The position numbers and the translations under genes were made by a program. From the NCBI GenBank assembly GCA_964371355.1, contig CAYJMG010000003.1, positions 89,351 to 153,350 on the forward strand: a stretch of 64,000 nt of DNA. Direction: 5' to 3'. Positions within the stretch are counted from its first letter, which is position 1. Each line of letters begins with the position of its first letter. This DNA comes from an uncultured Dehalococcoidia bacterium. GTDB lineage: Bacteria > Chloroflexota > Dehalococcoidia > DSTF01 > JACRBR01. Of this stretch, positions 45,797-55,358 are shown piece after piece. Below the pieces are notes generated by a model that searched no databases, was not told where the DNA came from, and worked only from the letters and a program-made list of their open reading frames with translations.

Positions 45797-47038
45797 GTGG
45801 AACGTCCCCGCGTCGTCATCACCGGCATCGGCGCTGTCACGCCCGTGGGCAACGATGCGGAGACGTTCTGGCGGTCACTCCTCGCCGGGAAGAACGGCAT
45901 CGGCCCCATCACCCTCTTTGACGCCTCGAAGCATTCGGTCCGCGTCGCGGGCGAGGTCAGGGACTTCGATCCGACGGCCTTCATGGACTACAAGATGGCC
46001 CGCCGTTCGCACCGCTTCTCGCAGTTGGGCGTCAAGGCCGCACGCGAGGCGCTGATCTCGGCGAAGATCGAGCTGAACGATTCGCTGGCGCGCGAGATGG
46101 GCTGCATCATGGGCTGCAGCGGGGGCGTGTTCTCGCAGGGCAACCAGGAACTCGTCCTGGAGACGCGCGGCCCCGGGCGCGTCGACCCGCTGATCGTCCC
46201 AAAGCTGGGGCAGCACATGGCATCCGGACGCGTGGGCCGCGAGCTGGGCCTGCGCGGGCCGAACACCGCGGTCAGCAGCGCCTGCGCCAGCGGCACCGAC
46301 GCCATCGGCCACGCCTGGATGATGATCCGCAATGGCGATGCCCAGATCATGCTGGCCGGGGGGACCGAAGCGATGATCCATCCCGTCGTCATCGCCACGA
46401 TGGCGCTGATGGGCGCGCTCTCGAAGGGCTACAACGACACACCGGAGAAGGCGTCGCGCCCGTTCGACCTGCACCGCGACGGGTTCGTGCTGGGCGAGGG
46501 CGCCGCCGTGCTGGTGCTGGAGTCGCAGGAGCACGCGGAGTCGCGTGGCGCGACGATCCTGGCCGAGTACATCGGCCACGGCTGGTCGTTCGATGCCGTC
46601 GACGACGCGGCACCCGACGCCGAGGGCCAGTCGCTGAGCATGATCCGTGCGCTCCGGTCCGCAGGCATCGCCCCCGGCGAGGTGTCCTGGATTAATGCCC
46701 ACGGCACCGGCACACCCTACAACGACAGGACCGAGACGAAGGCAATCAAGATGGCGTTCGGTGAAGATGTCGCCTACCGCCTCCCCATCAGCAGCATAAA
46801 GTCGATGACCGGCCACTCCGCCGCGGCCGCGGGCGCCATCGAGGCCGTGGCGTCCGTGATGGCAATCCGCGACCACAAGATCCCGCCCACGATAAATCTC
46901 GAAACGCCCGACCCTGAGTGCGACCTGGACTACGTGCCGAACAAGGCGCGCGACGCGAAGGTTGATACGGTGCTCAGCAACAGCTACGGCATGGGCGGCC
47001 AGAACAGCACGCTGGTCTTCCGCCGCTGGCAGCCCTGA
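45797..47038 (+). CDS. fabF: Beta-ketoacyl-ACP synthase II
   Basis: GTG at 45797 with a CCAGGAG RBS. KAS active-site Cys (AVSSACASG), both catalytic His motifs (INAHGTGT, MTGHSAAAAG) and the C-terminal GFGGQN-like SNSYGMGGQNS. Confidence 0.9.
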   Translation: MERPRVVITGIGAVTPVGNDAETFWRSLLAGKNGIGPITLFDASKHSVRVAGEVRDFDPTAFMDYKMARRSHRFSQLGVKAAREALISAKIELNDSLAREMGCIMGCSGGVFSQGNQELVLETRGPGRVDPLIVPKLGQHMASGRVGRELGLRGPNTAVSSACASGTDAIGHAWMMIRNGDAQIMLAGGTEAMIHPVVIATMALMGALSKGYNDTPEKASRPFDLHRDGFVLGEGAAVLVLESQEHAESRGATILAEYIGHGWSFDAVDDAAPDAEGQSLSMIRALRSAGIAPGEVSWINAHGTGTPYNDRTETKAIKMAFGEDVAYRLPISSIKSMTGHSAAAAGAIEAVASVMAIRDHKIPPTINLETPDPECDLDYVPNKARDAKVDTVLSNSYGMGGQNSTLVFRRWQP

Positions 47039-47121
47039 CGGGGCGCGCGTTCACCCGCGGATACGCGGACGGCTTCGCGGGATGAAGCGGCGGGCGCCTT
47101 CGCCCACGGTAACGCGGCCCC

Positions 47122-48978
47122 CTACGGGCACTGCCCCCCGGCTGAGATGATGACCGCCAGCGTGAGCTGGTCGCCCGCGTTCACGCCGCCGTCCTTGTTC
47201 ACATCGAAGCTCACCAGGCGCAAGCTCGGCGAGGGCTCGCGCAGGATCTCCTGCAGCATCAGGAGCTGGTCGCCGGCGTTCACAACGCGGTCGTTGTTCA
47301 GCGACGCCGCCTCGCACCCGTCCTTCGTCGGTCCCGGGTTGGGCGAGCCGTCCAGGTCGGCGTCCGTGTCGGCGTCGTTCGGGTCCGTGTTGTAGCCGCA
47401 GACCTCGGCGCGGTCAGGGATGTGGTCGCCGTCGCTGTCGGCGCTCGAGCCGCAGGCTGCGGCCGTCGGCTTGCTGGCCGCGCTGGCCGGGTTCGTGCCC
47501 AGGACGCACTCCGGGCCGTCCAGCACGCGGTCGCCGTCCGTGTCGCGATCCGTCGCGCCCAGCGGCCCGCTGCCGTTGCACCCCGCGGCCTCGTTCGCGT
47601 CCAGGATGCCGTCGTTGTCGTCGTCTGTATCGCAGGCGTCGCCGGCGGCGTCGCTGTTCGGCCACGAGCGGTCGTCCTGCGTCGAGGGAGGCGTCTGGTC
47701 GATGAAGTTCCGGTCCGCGTTCTCCTGGCCCGGGTTCGGGTCGGCCGGACAGTTGTCCACGCTGTCGACAACGCCGTCGCCATCGCTGTCCCCAACGGAG
47801 ACGATGCGCTGAATCGTCCCGCCGAAGTAGTCGGCGACGTACACCTCGCCCCCGCTGTCCTCGCCGAAGCTGCTGATCAGGAACGGAGCCGTCAGCTCCT
47901 CAGCATAGGACCACGTAGGACTGCCCGGCGTCGCGCTCCAGATCTTGCCCGAGCAGAAGTCGCCAAAGACGTACCTCCCCGCGATCGACGGTACCTGCGA
48001 GCCGCGGTACCGGAACCCGCCCGTAATCGAGCACTCCCCGGCGCCGTGCGCGTACTCGATGATGGGCGCCGTGAACGATGGGTCGCCGCAACCGGGTGGG
48101 TCGCCGGGCGTATAGCACGACGTGCCCTCCATGATCCGCCAGCCGTAGTTCGCCCCGCCCGCCGCGCCGGCCGCCTGGAAGTCGACTTCCTCGCGCGAGT
48201 ATTGCCCCACGTCGCCGATGAGCAGGTCGCCCGTCGTACGGTCGAAGCTGAACCTCCACGGGTTGCGCAGACCGTACGCCCAGATCTCGTCGCGCCCCGG
48301 AGTCGCCCCGGCGAAGGGGTTACCGGGCGGGATGCCGTGATAGGGCGGCTGGTTCACCTCCTGGTCCACATCGAGTCGCAGGATCTTGCCGAGCAGTACG
48401 TTCAAGTTCTGCGCGTTGTTCGCCGGATCACCCACACTCCCGCCATCGCCGACCGCGATGTACAGGTAGCCGTCCGGCCCGAATGCGAGCTGGCCACCGT
48501 AGTGGTTGTCGTTCGTCGGGTGCGGGATCGTCAGCAGCGGCACGCCCGATCCCGCGTCGGCGATATCCGGATTCGCGGACACGCTGTAGCGCCTGATCGC
48601 GATGTCGCCGGATGCATTCACGTAGTGGATGAAGAAGTACGGCGTCGCCGGATAGTCCGGATGGAACGCCAGCCCCAGCAACCCCTCCTCTTGCGCAGGC
48701 GACGACGGCAGCAGCGACGACACGTCGAGGAATGACGTCGCCAGGATCGCGCCCGCATCGTAGATCTTGATCCGCCCGCCCCTCTCGATGATGAACAGCC
48801 GCGTGTCACCCGCGTGCGCCAACCCCAGCGGAGAACTGAGGCCGGTGGCGCCCGCAAGCGGCTGCAGCGCGATGGTGCCTGCGGCGCTGACCGGCGCGGT
48901 TTCATGACGCCGCGCCTGCACTCCCAGTACGAGTGCGACGGCGCCAAGTGCGAGGCAAAGGGGGACCAGTCGTGTCAC
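47122..48978 (-). CDS. Secreted PQQ-dependent sugar dehydrogenase (GSDH/sorbosone-DH-like beta-propeller) with TSP3 repeats and a C-terminal dockerin-like domain
   Basis: Signal peptide after the GTG at 48978. GSDH motifs (GLLGLAFHPDY, YGLRNPWRFSFD). Ca-binding TSP3-type D.D.DG.xD repeats. Two 22-residue dockerin-type repeats (LNNDRVVNAGDQLLM; FDVNKDGGVNAGDQL). Start position is uncertain (the track's ATG at 49095 is the alternative). Confidence 0.8.
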   Translation of the reverse strand: MTRLVPLCLALGAVALVLGVQARRHETAPVSAAGTIALQPLAGATGLSSPLGLAHAGDTRLFIIERGGRIKIYDAGAILATSFLDVSSLLPSSPAQEEGLLGLAFHPDYPATPYFFIHYVNASGDIAIRRYSVSANPDIADAGSGVPLLTIPHPTNDNHYGGQLAFGPDGYLYIAVGDGGSVGDPANNAQNLNVLLGKILRLDVDQEVNQPPYHGIPPGNPFAGATPGRDEIWAYGLRNPWRFSFDRTTGDLLIGDVGQYSREEVDFQAAGAAGGANYGWRIMEGTSCYTPGDPPGCGDPSFTAPIIEYAHGAGECSITGGFRYRGSQVPSIAGRYVFGDFCSGKIWSATPGSPTWSYAEELTAPFLISSFGEDSGGEVYVADYFGGTIQRIVSVGDSDGDGVVDSVDNCPADPNPGQENADRNFIDQTPPSTQDDRSWPNSDAAGDACDTDDDNDGILDANEAAGCNGSGPLGATDRDTDGDRVLDGPECVLGTNPASAASKPTAAACGSSADSDGDHIPDRAEVCGYNTDPNDADTDADLDGSPNPGPTKDGCEAASLNNDRVVNAGDQLLMLQEILREPSPSLRLVSFDVNKDGGVNAGDQLTLAVIISAGGQCP

Positions 48979-49130
48979 GCGGAGGCCACTCCCATCATGC
49001 GGCGTGTGTCGTATGTGGCGGGGGAGGCCCGGAGGCCGCGGCCAGTATAGCCGGTCAATGATGACGGACACGTAAACATTTCCGTGGTCGCGCATGCGCC
49101 ACGAGTTAGATGCTGTGCAATTTCCAGCCC

Positions 49131-49235
49131 GGCACTCTTACGGACACTGCCCCGTGGGCGAGATGAACTGCGCGGGCAGCAGCTGGTCGCCGGCGTCCAC
49201 CGCCCCGTCCCTGTCCACGTCGAAGATCACCAGTC
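49131..49235 (-). pseudogene. Orphan 3' fragment of a dockerin-like module (third copy; gene remnant)
   Basis: The minus strand encodes ...RRLVIFDVDRDGAVDAGDQLLPAQFISPTGQCP* ending at the TAA (49131-49133). It is co-linear at DNA level with the 3' ends of the genes at 47122 and 50617. The upstream reading frame has no propeller or TSP3 similarity. Confidence 0.45.
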
Positions 49236-49310
49236 GCCGCGCTTCCGGCGCCGCTTCGAGGCCGCCGCCTTCGTGACCGTGCGCGTCTGCGCCTGCACGA
49301 CGGTCTCCGC

Positions 49311-49700
49311 CTACTCGATCGCATCGAGCCTGTCGAGCAGCCAGCCTGCGCCGTGCACCGCCGCGCCCAGCCTACCGGCGCGGTCCGCGAGCACACGGTC
49401 GGAAGTGACGACCTCGAGAGAGGCTGGCTCGGCGTGCGCGCGGACGTACTCGACGATGCGGTCGTCGGCTGCGTTCCGGCCAGGGCGCGCGGCGTAGTAC
49501 ACGCCCACGCCGCCGTGCTCGCCCTCGGGCACGTCATCCAGAGGCCGGCCGTCGACAAACAGGCTCACGTCGAGGTCGCCGTGCGCCGCCAGCCGTTGCA
49601 GTTTCGCCAGCAGCCCGCGCACCGCGCCGTCGCGGTCGCGCCACCACCCGGTCGGCCGCGATCCGATCACGTTCATCGCATCGACGACGATGTGTGCCAC
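49311..49700 (-). CDS. YacP-like NYN domain protein
   Basis: IVVDAMNVIGSRP, ADDRIVEY, and VVTSDRVLADRAGRLGA parallel the B. subtilis YacP/Rae1 NYN motifs. Confidence 0.7.
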   Translation of the reverse strand: MAHIVVDAMNVIGSRPTGWWRDRDGAVRGLLAKLQRLAAHGDLDVSLFVDGRPLDDVPEGEHGGVGVYYAARPGRNAADDRIVEYVRAHAEPASLEVVTSDRVLADRAGRLGAAVHGAGWLLDRLDAIE

Positions 49701-49733
49701 GTTGCAGGATACCGATGAGCAGCAGGGGGGTGG

Positions 49734-50405
49734 CTACCGCAGCTCGAAGTCGTCCGACACGCGGTCCAGCGCATCGAGCGAGTACAACCGGTCGTACATC
49801 ACGCTACGGGGGTCGGTCGACATCGCGAGACCGAGGTGGAGCACCCCGATGTTCTTGCCCACCATCTTCGCTGCACGCAGGAAGAGCAGGTCATCGTCCC
49901 GCCGCTCCCCGAAGTTCACCGGGTCCATCCGGGCGACAGATACGACCGCCGTGTTCGTCGAGATGTCCCGTAGAGAGAACACGAAGTTCCAGTCGGGCTT
50001 GTCCAGCATGTACATGTCGTGGTCGGTGACGGCGATGAGGACGTCGCCGGCATTCTCCGCCGGCCGGGCGGCCTCCATCACCTCCAGCACGCGGTCGGCC
50101 ACCAGTTGGCGCCGCTCCTCGTCGAACATCGACCGGTCGACGGGAAGCGCCGGCAACACGCCGACGTTGACTGCGTGCGTGTCGCGGAAGTAGGCCTGCA
50201 GCCCCTCCATCATGTCCTCGGAGATTTCGTCGACCGGCACCAGGTACACATCCGCGCTGCCCGTGAACGCGACCGCCTCGACCGGCGCCCGCGTCGCCGC
50301 GGGAGAAGGAGCCGCCGCCTCGCGCCCAGGCGACGCCTTGTCGCCGCCCAGGCACGCCGAGCCCAATAGCAGCGTCGCGAAGAGTGCCAGCCACAAAGAT
50401 CGCAT
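49734..50405 (-). CDS. Hypothetical secreted protein / lipoprotein
   Basis: ATG at 50405 gives the signal peptide MRSLWLALFATLLLGSACLGG. No recognisable catalytic motif. The track ORF extends 38 codons further upstream. Confidence 0.45.
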   Translation of the reverse strand: MRSLWLALFATLLLGSACLGGDKASPGREAAAPSPAATRAPVEAVAFTGSADVYLVPVDEISEDMMEGLQAYFRDTHAVNVGVLPALPVDRSMFDEERRQLVADRVLEVMEAARPAENAGDVLIAVTDHDMYMLDKPDWNFVFSLRDISTNTAVVSVARMDPVNFGERRDDDLLFLRAAKMVGKNIGVLHLGLAMSTDPRSVMYDRLYSLDALDRVSDDFELR

Positions 50406-50616
50406 CAGTCGAAGTATCGGCGACCGCCGAACGCGAGTGAAGGGGCGACGCGAAAGGGCCGTCAGGGATCGGTATGGAGCGCGGGCGCCCTCGCCCGCGG
50501 CCGCAGCGCATTGCTCCACCCCTGCGGGAGGTCACCCTGCCCCATCACTGCACGTCACCCTTGGGCCCTCCCCCACTGTCGGGAGAGAATCATCCGGCCA
50601 GGCGCTGGCGCTCCGA

Positions 50617-52617
50617 TCACGGACACTGCCCCGAGGGCGAGATGAACTGCGCGATCAGGAGCTGGTCGCCAGCGTTGACGGCGCCGTCCTTGTTGATGTC
50701 GTAGCTCACTAGCCGCATCGACGGTGTCAGCTCCCGCAGGATCTCCAGGACCATCAGCAGCTGATCGCCCGCATTCACCACGCGGTCACCGTTCAACGAC
50801 GCCGCCTCGCACCCGTCCTTCGCACCGTCCAGCGCCATGTCACCGTCGGTGTCGGCGATGTTCGGATTGGTGTTGTACCCGCAGAACTCGGTACGGGCGC
50901 TCAGGCGGTCGCCGTCGACATCCGTCGTCGGCCCGCACTGCGCGGGGGTGGGCTTGCTCGCGCTCGATGTGGGGTCCGTCGCCAACACACACTCCACACC
51001 GTCGAGGATGCGGTCGCCGTCGGAGTCACGCAGGAGCGGATCGGTGACCTTCCCGCCACAGAAGGCGCCGGTGCCTTCGTCGGCGTCGCTGATGCCGTCG
51101 TTGTCGTCGTCGGTGTCGCACTCGTCACCCAGCGCGTCCGACTTCGGCCACGTCTTGTCGTCCTGCGTCGTCGGCGGCGTGCTGTCGATGAAATTACCGT
51201 CGGTGTTCACCTGATCGGCGTTCGGGAGGCCAACGCAATTGTCGTAATCCAAGTTGGTATTTGAGGGACCTTCGTGGAGTGACGCAGTACAGTCACGCGT
51301 TGCATCTCCATCCAAGTCCCCGGCGTTAGACGTGCAGTAGCGGATTAAGGGGACATCCGCCCCAACATTGGCCCAAACGAATACATCACCTAAGCCATCC
51401 GCGCCGACCCACATCCCGCCGTCATGTAGCTCTTCAGCCCCCGGATGAGTCTGTTCCCACCGCATTGAGCCGTCTGGAGCGTAAGCTCTTGTCACAACCT
51501 CAGCGCCACTCTGTGCGATCAGAATCACTCCGTAGGGATCGGACGCCAGAAGGGTCGTATTGCCCTTGAGCGGACTCGCGATGGTCATGGGCGCAAGATC
51601 GTGACGCCATGACTGATTTCCAGCCGCATCGTATCGCAGCACTCCGATTGTTTGAGACGCTAAGCCAAGCGCCTCATACACCCCTCCGGCGCCGTCGTGG
51701 ACAATTTCGATCGGGCTGCCATCACCCGAAACACGATTCCAATCTTTTCCGCAGGATGAGTTGTACTTCACAGTTCGGTTGAGACCCCCCGGATGAACCA
51801 GTCCTGTCACAATTGCACCGCCACTGGGAAGGGCTATTAGGCGATCCGGGCCGCCACCCTCGTTGTTCGTGTTATTGTCGAAGCTATCGGTACAGATTGG
51901 GTTGCCGGCTGAGTCATAGATTGAAACGAACCAATCCGGGCCACTGGATGCAGCTGAACTGACGCCGACGTAGACACGACCAATCGCATCTACGCCGATG
52001 TCGGCCGGGTTGTCGTGGTCCGATGTGAGATCTAAATCGCGTTGCCACTGGAACGAACCGGACGCATCGTACTTGCGTATAACGCTGTACCTGTGTGACC
52101 CAGGCTGGGTGGTTCCGAGAACGTACACGTTGTCCGAACTATCGGTACTAATCGCTGACCCAAAGTCAGCCGCCGAGTTATTCCACATCTGGCTCCACAG
52201 TAGGTTCCCGTTGCTATCGTATTTGGAGACGTACCAGTCGGTTGGAGTGAAGGTATTCGGATCACCAGCTGTCCCGACAATCCAGAAGTATTGCTCGCTC
52301 ATGGCGAACTCGAAGTCAGTCATATACAGAGCAGCGCAAGGAGACGCACAAGGGTCGTTCAAACTCGTCCAAAGTAATGCACCATCTCGCGAGTACTTCC
52401 TTATGCCCTCGGACGGCATCTGATAGGCGGCGTAAGACGCCACGTAAACGTGTCCACTTGAATCCACCGCGCCAAACCCACCATTTGTCCACGGAGTGCC
52501 GGGGAGCATCCTTTGCCAGTCGAACGCAGCGACTTCGGCCTGTATCTGGCCCGGTGAGACGAACAAGAGAGTAGTGAGGATCACAAAGCTCGAGACGAGG
52601 CGAAGGTGGTTGCTCAT
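50617..52617 (-). CDS. Secreted beta-propeller-repeat protein with TSP3 repeats and a C-terminal dockerin-like domain (paralog of the 47122 gene in its C-terminal half)
   Basis: Signal peptide MSNHLRLVSSFVILTTLLFVSPGQIQA, repeated YV.G-type beta-propeller blades, TSP3 D.D.DG repeats, and a dockerin-like end (LNGDRVVNAGDQLLMV; YDINKDGAVNAGDQLL...GQCP). The N-terminal about 1.4 kb is markedly lower in GC than the surroundings. Confidence 0.75.
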   Translation of the reverse strand: MSNHLRLVSSFVILTTLLFVSPGQIQAEVAAFDWQRMLPGTPWTNGGFGAVDSSGHVYVASYAAYQMPSEGIRKYSRDGALLWTSLNDPCASPCAALYMTDFEFAMSEQYFWIVGTAGDPNTFTPTDWYVSKYDSNGNLLWSQMWNNSAADFGSAISTDSSDNVYVLGTTQPGSHRYSVIRKYDASGSFQWQRDLDLTSDHDNPADIGVDAIGRVYVGVSSAASSGPDWFVSIYDSAGNPICTDSFDNNTNNEGGGPDRLIALPSGGAIVTGLVHPGGLNRTVKYNSSCGKDWNRVSGDGSPIEIVHDGAGGVYEALGLASQTIGVLRYDAAGNQSWRHDLAPMTIASPLKGNTTLLASDPYGVILIAQSGAEVVTRAYAPDGSMRWEQTHPGAEELHDGGMWVGADGLGDVFVWANVGADVPLIRYCTSNAGDLDGDATRDCTASLHEGPSNTNLDYDNCVGLPNADQVNTDGNFIDSTPPTTQDDKTWPKSDALGDECDTDDDNDGISDADEGTGAFCGGKVTDPLLRDSDGDRILDGVECVLATDPTSSASKPTPAQCGPTTDVDGDRLSARTEFCGYNTNPNIADTDGDMALDGAKDGCEAASLNGDRVVNAGDQLLMVLEILRELTPSMRLVSYDINKDGAVNAGDQLLIAQFISPSGQCP

Positions 52618-52931
52618 TGGCCTACCTTAGAGGTCCATGCCGTGAGAGGTCCATCTCGTGCGGGGTCCGATTGACAGTCAGTATCATGCTCCCCTCCACG
52701 GTAACCGTCTAGTACCTACCTCGCTTGTCCTCGGCGCGGCTTCCAAGTTCCTTGGCCGGCGCCAGGGGCCATCCCGGATCGCGCGGCCCGCCAACCGCCT
52801 CTCCTCGGGGATTACCGCAATTGCAGGGCGTGCTAGACTCGATGAGAATCTGATCGCGTGGGCGAACAATTCCCCCGCGTCCATCCCGAAGCGGGCGCCG
52901 CCGCCCGCACCACCGACGAAGGAGAGCGGCC

Positions 52932-55358
52932 ATGCCCCGCCGGCGGTCGCCTGTAGACGACACCATGATCCTGCCGCTGCTCCCAAGGCGGCGCGGCCTC
53001 CTGTTCCCCAACACCGCGGGCGCCATCCTCATCGGCCGCCGCAGCAGCCTCCGCGCCGTCGAGGACAGCACCAACGCTGACGGCATGTGCGCCGTCGTCA
53101 CCCAGAAGGACCCCTCGCTCACCGAGATCACCCAGGCCGACATCTACCCCTATGCCACCGAGGCCAATATCCAGCGCGCGCTCCGCCTGCCCGACGGCAC
53201 CACACAGGTGTGGGTCCAGGGCTTCCGCCGTCTGCGCGTCGTCGAGATCGTCCGGGCGGAGCCCTACTACATGGCGCGCGTCGAGCCCATTGAGGACTTC
53301 GACGACAACACCGTCGCCTCCGAAGCGCTGCGGCGCGCGGTCCTCGCCCTGTTCGAGAAGGTCGCCCGCCTGGCGCCCAGCATCCCCGAAGACGCCTACG
53401 TGCTGGCGATGAACGTCGAGCAGCCGGGCCTGCTCGCCGATTTCGTCGCGTCGTCGCTGAACCTCGACGACGAGCAGGGCGCCGATATCCTCGCGACCAT
53501 CGACACGCGCCAGCGGCTGGAGAAGATCAGCATCCACCTGGCGAAGGAGCTCGACGTCCTCGAATTGCAGGGCAAGATCCACACCCGCGTGCAGGAGGAG
53601 CTGGACAAGTCGCAGCGCGAGTACTTCCTGCGCGAACAGATGAAGGCCATCCAGCGCGAGCTGGGCGAGACCGACCCCGCGGCAAAAGACGCCTACGACC
53701 TGCGCGAACGCATCGCCGCCGCCGGCATGCCCGAGGACGCGCGCAAGAAAGCCGAAGACGAGCTGCGCCGCATGGAAGGGATCCCCTCCGCCTCGCCCGA
53801 GGTCGGCGTCATCCGCAACTACCTCGACTGGCTCACCTCCGTGCCCTGGCTGAAGGCAACCGATGACAACCTCGACCTGGAGCACGCGGCGAAGATCCTC
53901 GACCAGCATCACTTCGGCCTGCAAAAGGTGAAGGAGCGCATCCTGGAGTTCATGGCCGTGCGCGCGCTGGCGAAGGAAAAGCACCGCAGCCCCATCCTCT
54001 GCTTCGTGGGCCCGCCCGGCGTCGGCAAGACCAGCCTGGGCCGCTCGATCGCCGAGGCGCTGGGCCGGAAGTTCGTGCGCGTTTCGCTGGGCGGCATACG
54101 CGACGAGGCGGAAATCCGTGGCCACCGCCGCACGTACGTCGGCGCGCTGCCCGGCCGCATCGTCCACGGCATGAAGCAGGCGGGCACCGTCAACCCGCTG
54201 TTCATGCTCGATGAGATCGACAAGCTCGGCACCGACTTCCGCGGTGACCCTTCGTCGGCGCTGCTGGAGGTCTTGGATCCGGAGCAGAACCACGCCTTCA
54301 GCGACCACTACCTCGACGTCGACTACGACCTCTCGAAGGTGATGTTCATCGCCACCGCGAACATCCTCGACCCCGTGATCCCCGCGCTGCGCGACCGCAT
54401 GGAAGTGATCGAGCTGCCCGGCTACATCGAGGACGAGAAGCTACACATCGCGCAGCAGTTCCTGGTGCCGAAACAGTTGCAGGAGCACGGCCTCAGCAAG
54501 TTGCAGCTCTCGTTCACCACCGGCGCCCTACGCAAGATCATCCGCGAGTACACGCGCGAGGCCGGCGTACGCAACCTGGAGCGCGAGATCGGCGGCATCT
54601 GCCGCAAGGTCGCCCGCCGCATGGCCGGTGCGCCGGTGCTGGTAGCGCGGCCGTCGCGGGCGGCTGCGGCGAAATCGCTGGCGAAGGCCCGGCTGAAGAC
54701 GGCGCCGGCCGTGCGCCCCGGCGTCAGCATCAGCAACGCCAACCTGGAGGAGTACCTGGGCCCGCCGAAGTTCTTCTGGGGTGCGGCCGAGGAGAAGGAT
54801 GAGGTCGGCGTGGCTACAGGCGTCGCGCGCACGGAGTTGGGCGGCGACGTGCTCGGCGTCGAGGTGACGCTGATGCCCGGCAAGGGCAACCTGACGCTCA
54901 CCGGCCAGCTCGGCGACGTGATGCGCGAGTCGGCGCAGGCCGCCCTGTCGTACGCGCGGTCGCGGTCGAAGGACCTGGGCATCCCGCCCGAGACGTTCGA
55001 GAAGACGGACATCCACGTCCACGTGCCGGCGGGCGCCGTCCCGAAGGAGGGCCCCAGCGCCGGCATCACCATCGCCACCGCGCTCATCTCCGCCCTGACC
55101 AAGCGCCCCATCAGCCGGCATGTGGCCATGACGGGCGAGATCACCCTGCGCGGCCGGGTGCTGCCGGTGGGCGGACTGAAGGAGAAGATCCTGGCCGCAC
55201 ACCGCGCTGGAATCAAGACATTTGTTCTACCCAAGCGCAACGAGAAGGACCTCAGCGATGTCCCCGCCCCGGTTTTGAGGGATCTGCGGTTCGTGTTCGC
55301 GGGCGATATGGCCGATGTTCTAAAGGTAGCGTTCGAACATCGGAGGCCGGGACCGTGA
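52932..55358 (+). CDS. lon: ATP-dependent Lon protease
   Basis: LON N-domain (ILPLLPRRRGLLFPNTAGAILIGR), AAA+ Walker A GPPGVGKTSLG, and the Ser-Lys protease domain (PKEGPSAGITIATALISAL). GAAGGAGAG RBS. Confidence 0.95.
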   Translation: MPRRRSPVDDTMILPLLPRRRGLLFPNTAGAILIGRRSSLRAVEDSTNADGMCAVVTQKDPSLTEITQADIYPYATEANIQRALRLPDGTTQVWVQGFRRLRVVEIVRAEPYYMARVEPIEDFDDNTVASEALRRAVLALFEKVARLAPSIPEDAYVLAMNVEQPGLLADFVASSLNLDDEQGADILATIDTRQRLEKISIHLAKELDVLELQGKIHTRVQEELDKSQREYFLREQMKAIQRELGETDPAAKDAYDLRERIAAAGMPEDARKKAEDELRRMEGIPSASPEVGVIRNYLDWLTSVPWLKATDDNLDLEHAAKILDQHHFGLQKVKERILEFMAVRALAKEKHRSPILCFVGPPGVGKTSLGRSIAEALGRKFVRVSLGGIRDEAEIRGHRRTYVGALPGRIVHGMKQAGTVNPLFMLDEIDKLGTDFRGDPSSALLEVLDPEQNHAFSDHYLDVDYDLSKVMFIATANILDPVIPALRDRMEVIELPGYIEDEKLHIAQQFLVPKQLQEHGLSKLQLSFTTGALRKIIREYTREAGVRNLEREIGGICRKVARRMAGAPVLVARPSRAAAAKSLAKARLKTAPAVRPGVSISNANLEEYLGPPKFFWGAAEEKDEVGVATGVARTELGGDVLGVEVTLMPGKGNLTLTGQLGDVMRESAQAALSYARSRSKDLGIPPETFEKTDIHVHVPAGAVPKEGPSAGITIATALISALTKRPISRHVAMTGEITLRGRVLPVGGLKEKILAAHRAGIKTFVLPKRNEKDLSDVPAPVLRDLRFVFAGDMADVLKVAFEHRRPGP

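Noticed and set aside
52700-52931. Heat-shock operator (CIRCE or HAIR) upstream of lon
   Set aside because: Scanned for TTAGCACTC-N9-GAGTGCTAA and CTTGAGT-N7-ACTCAAG-like inverted repeats. None were present, only weak -35/-10 candidates with wrong spacing.
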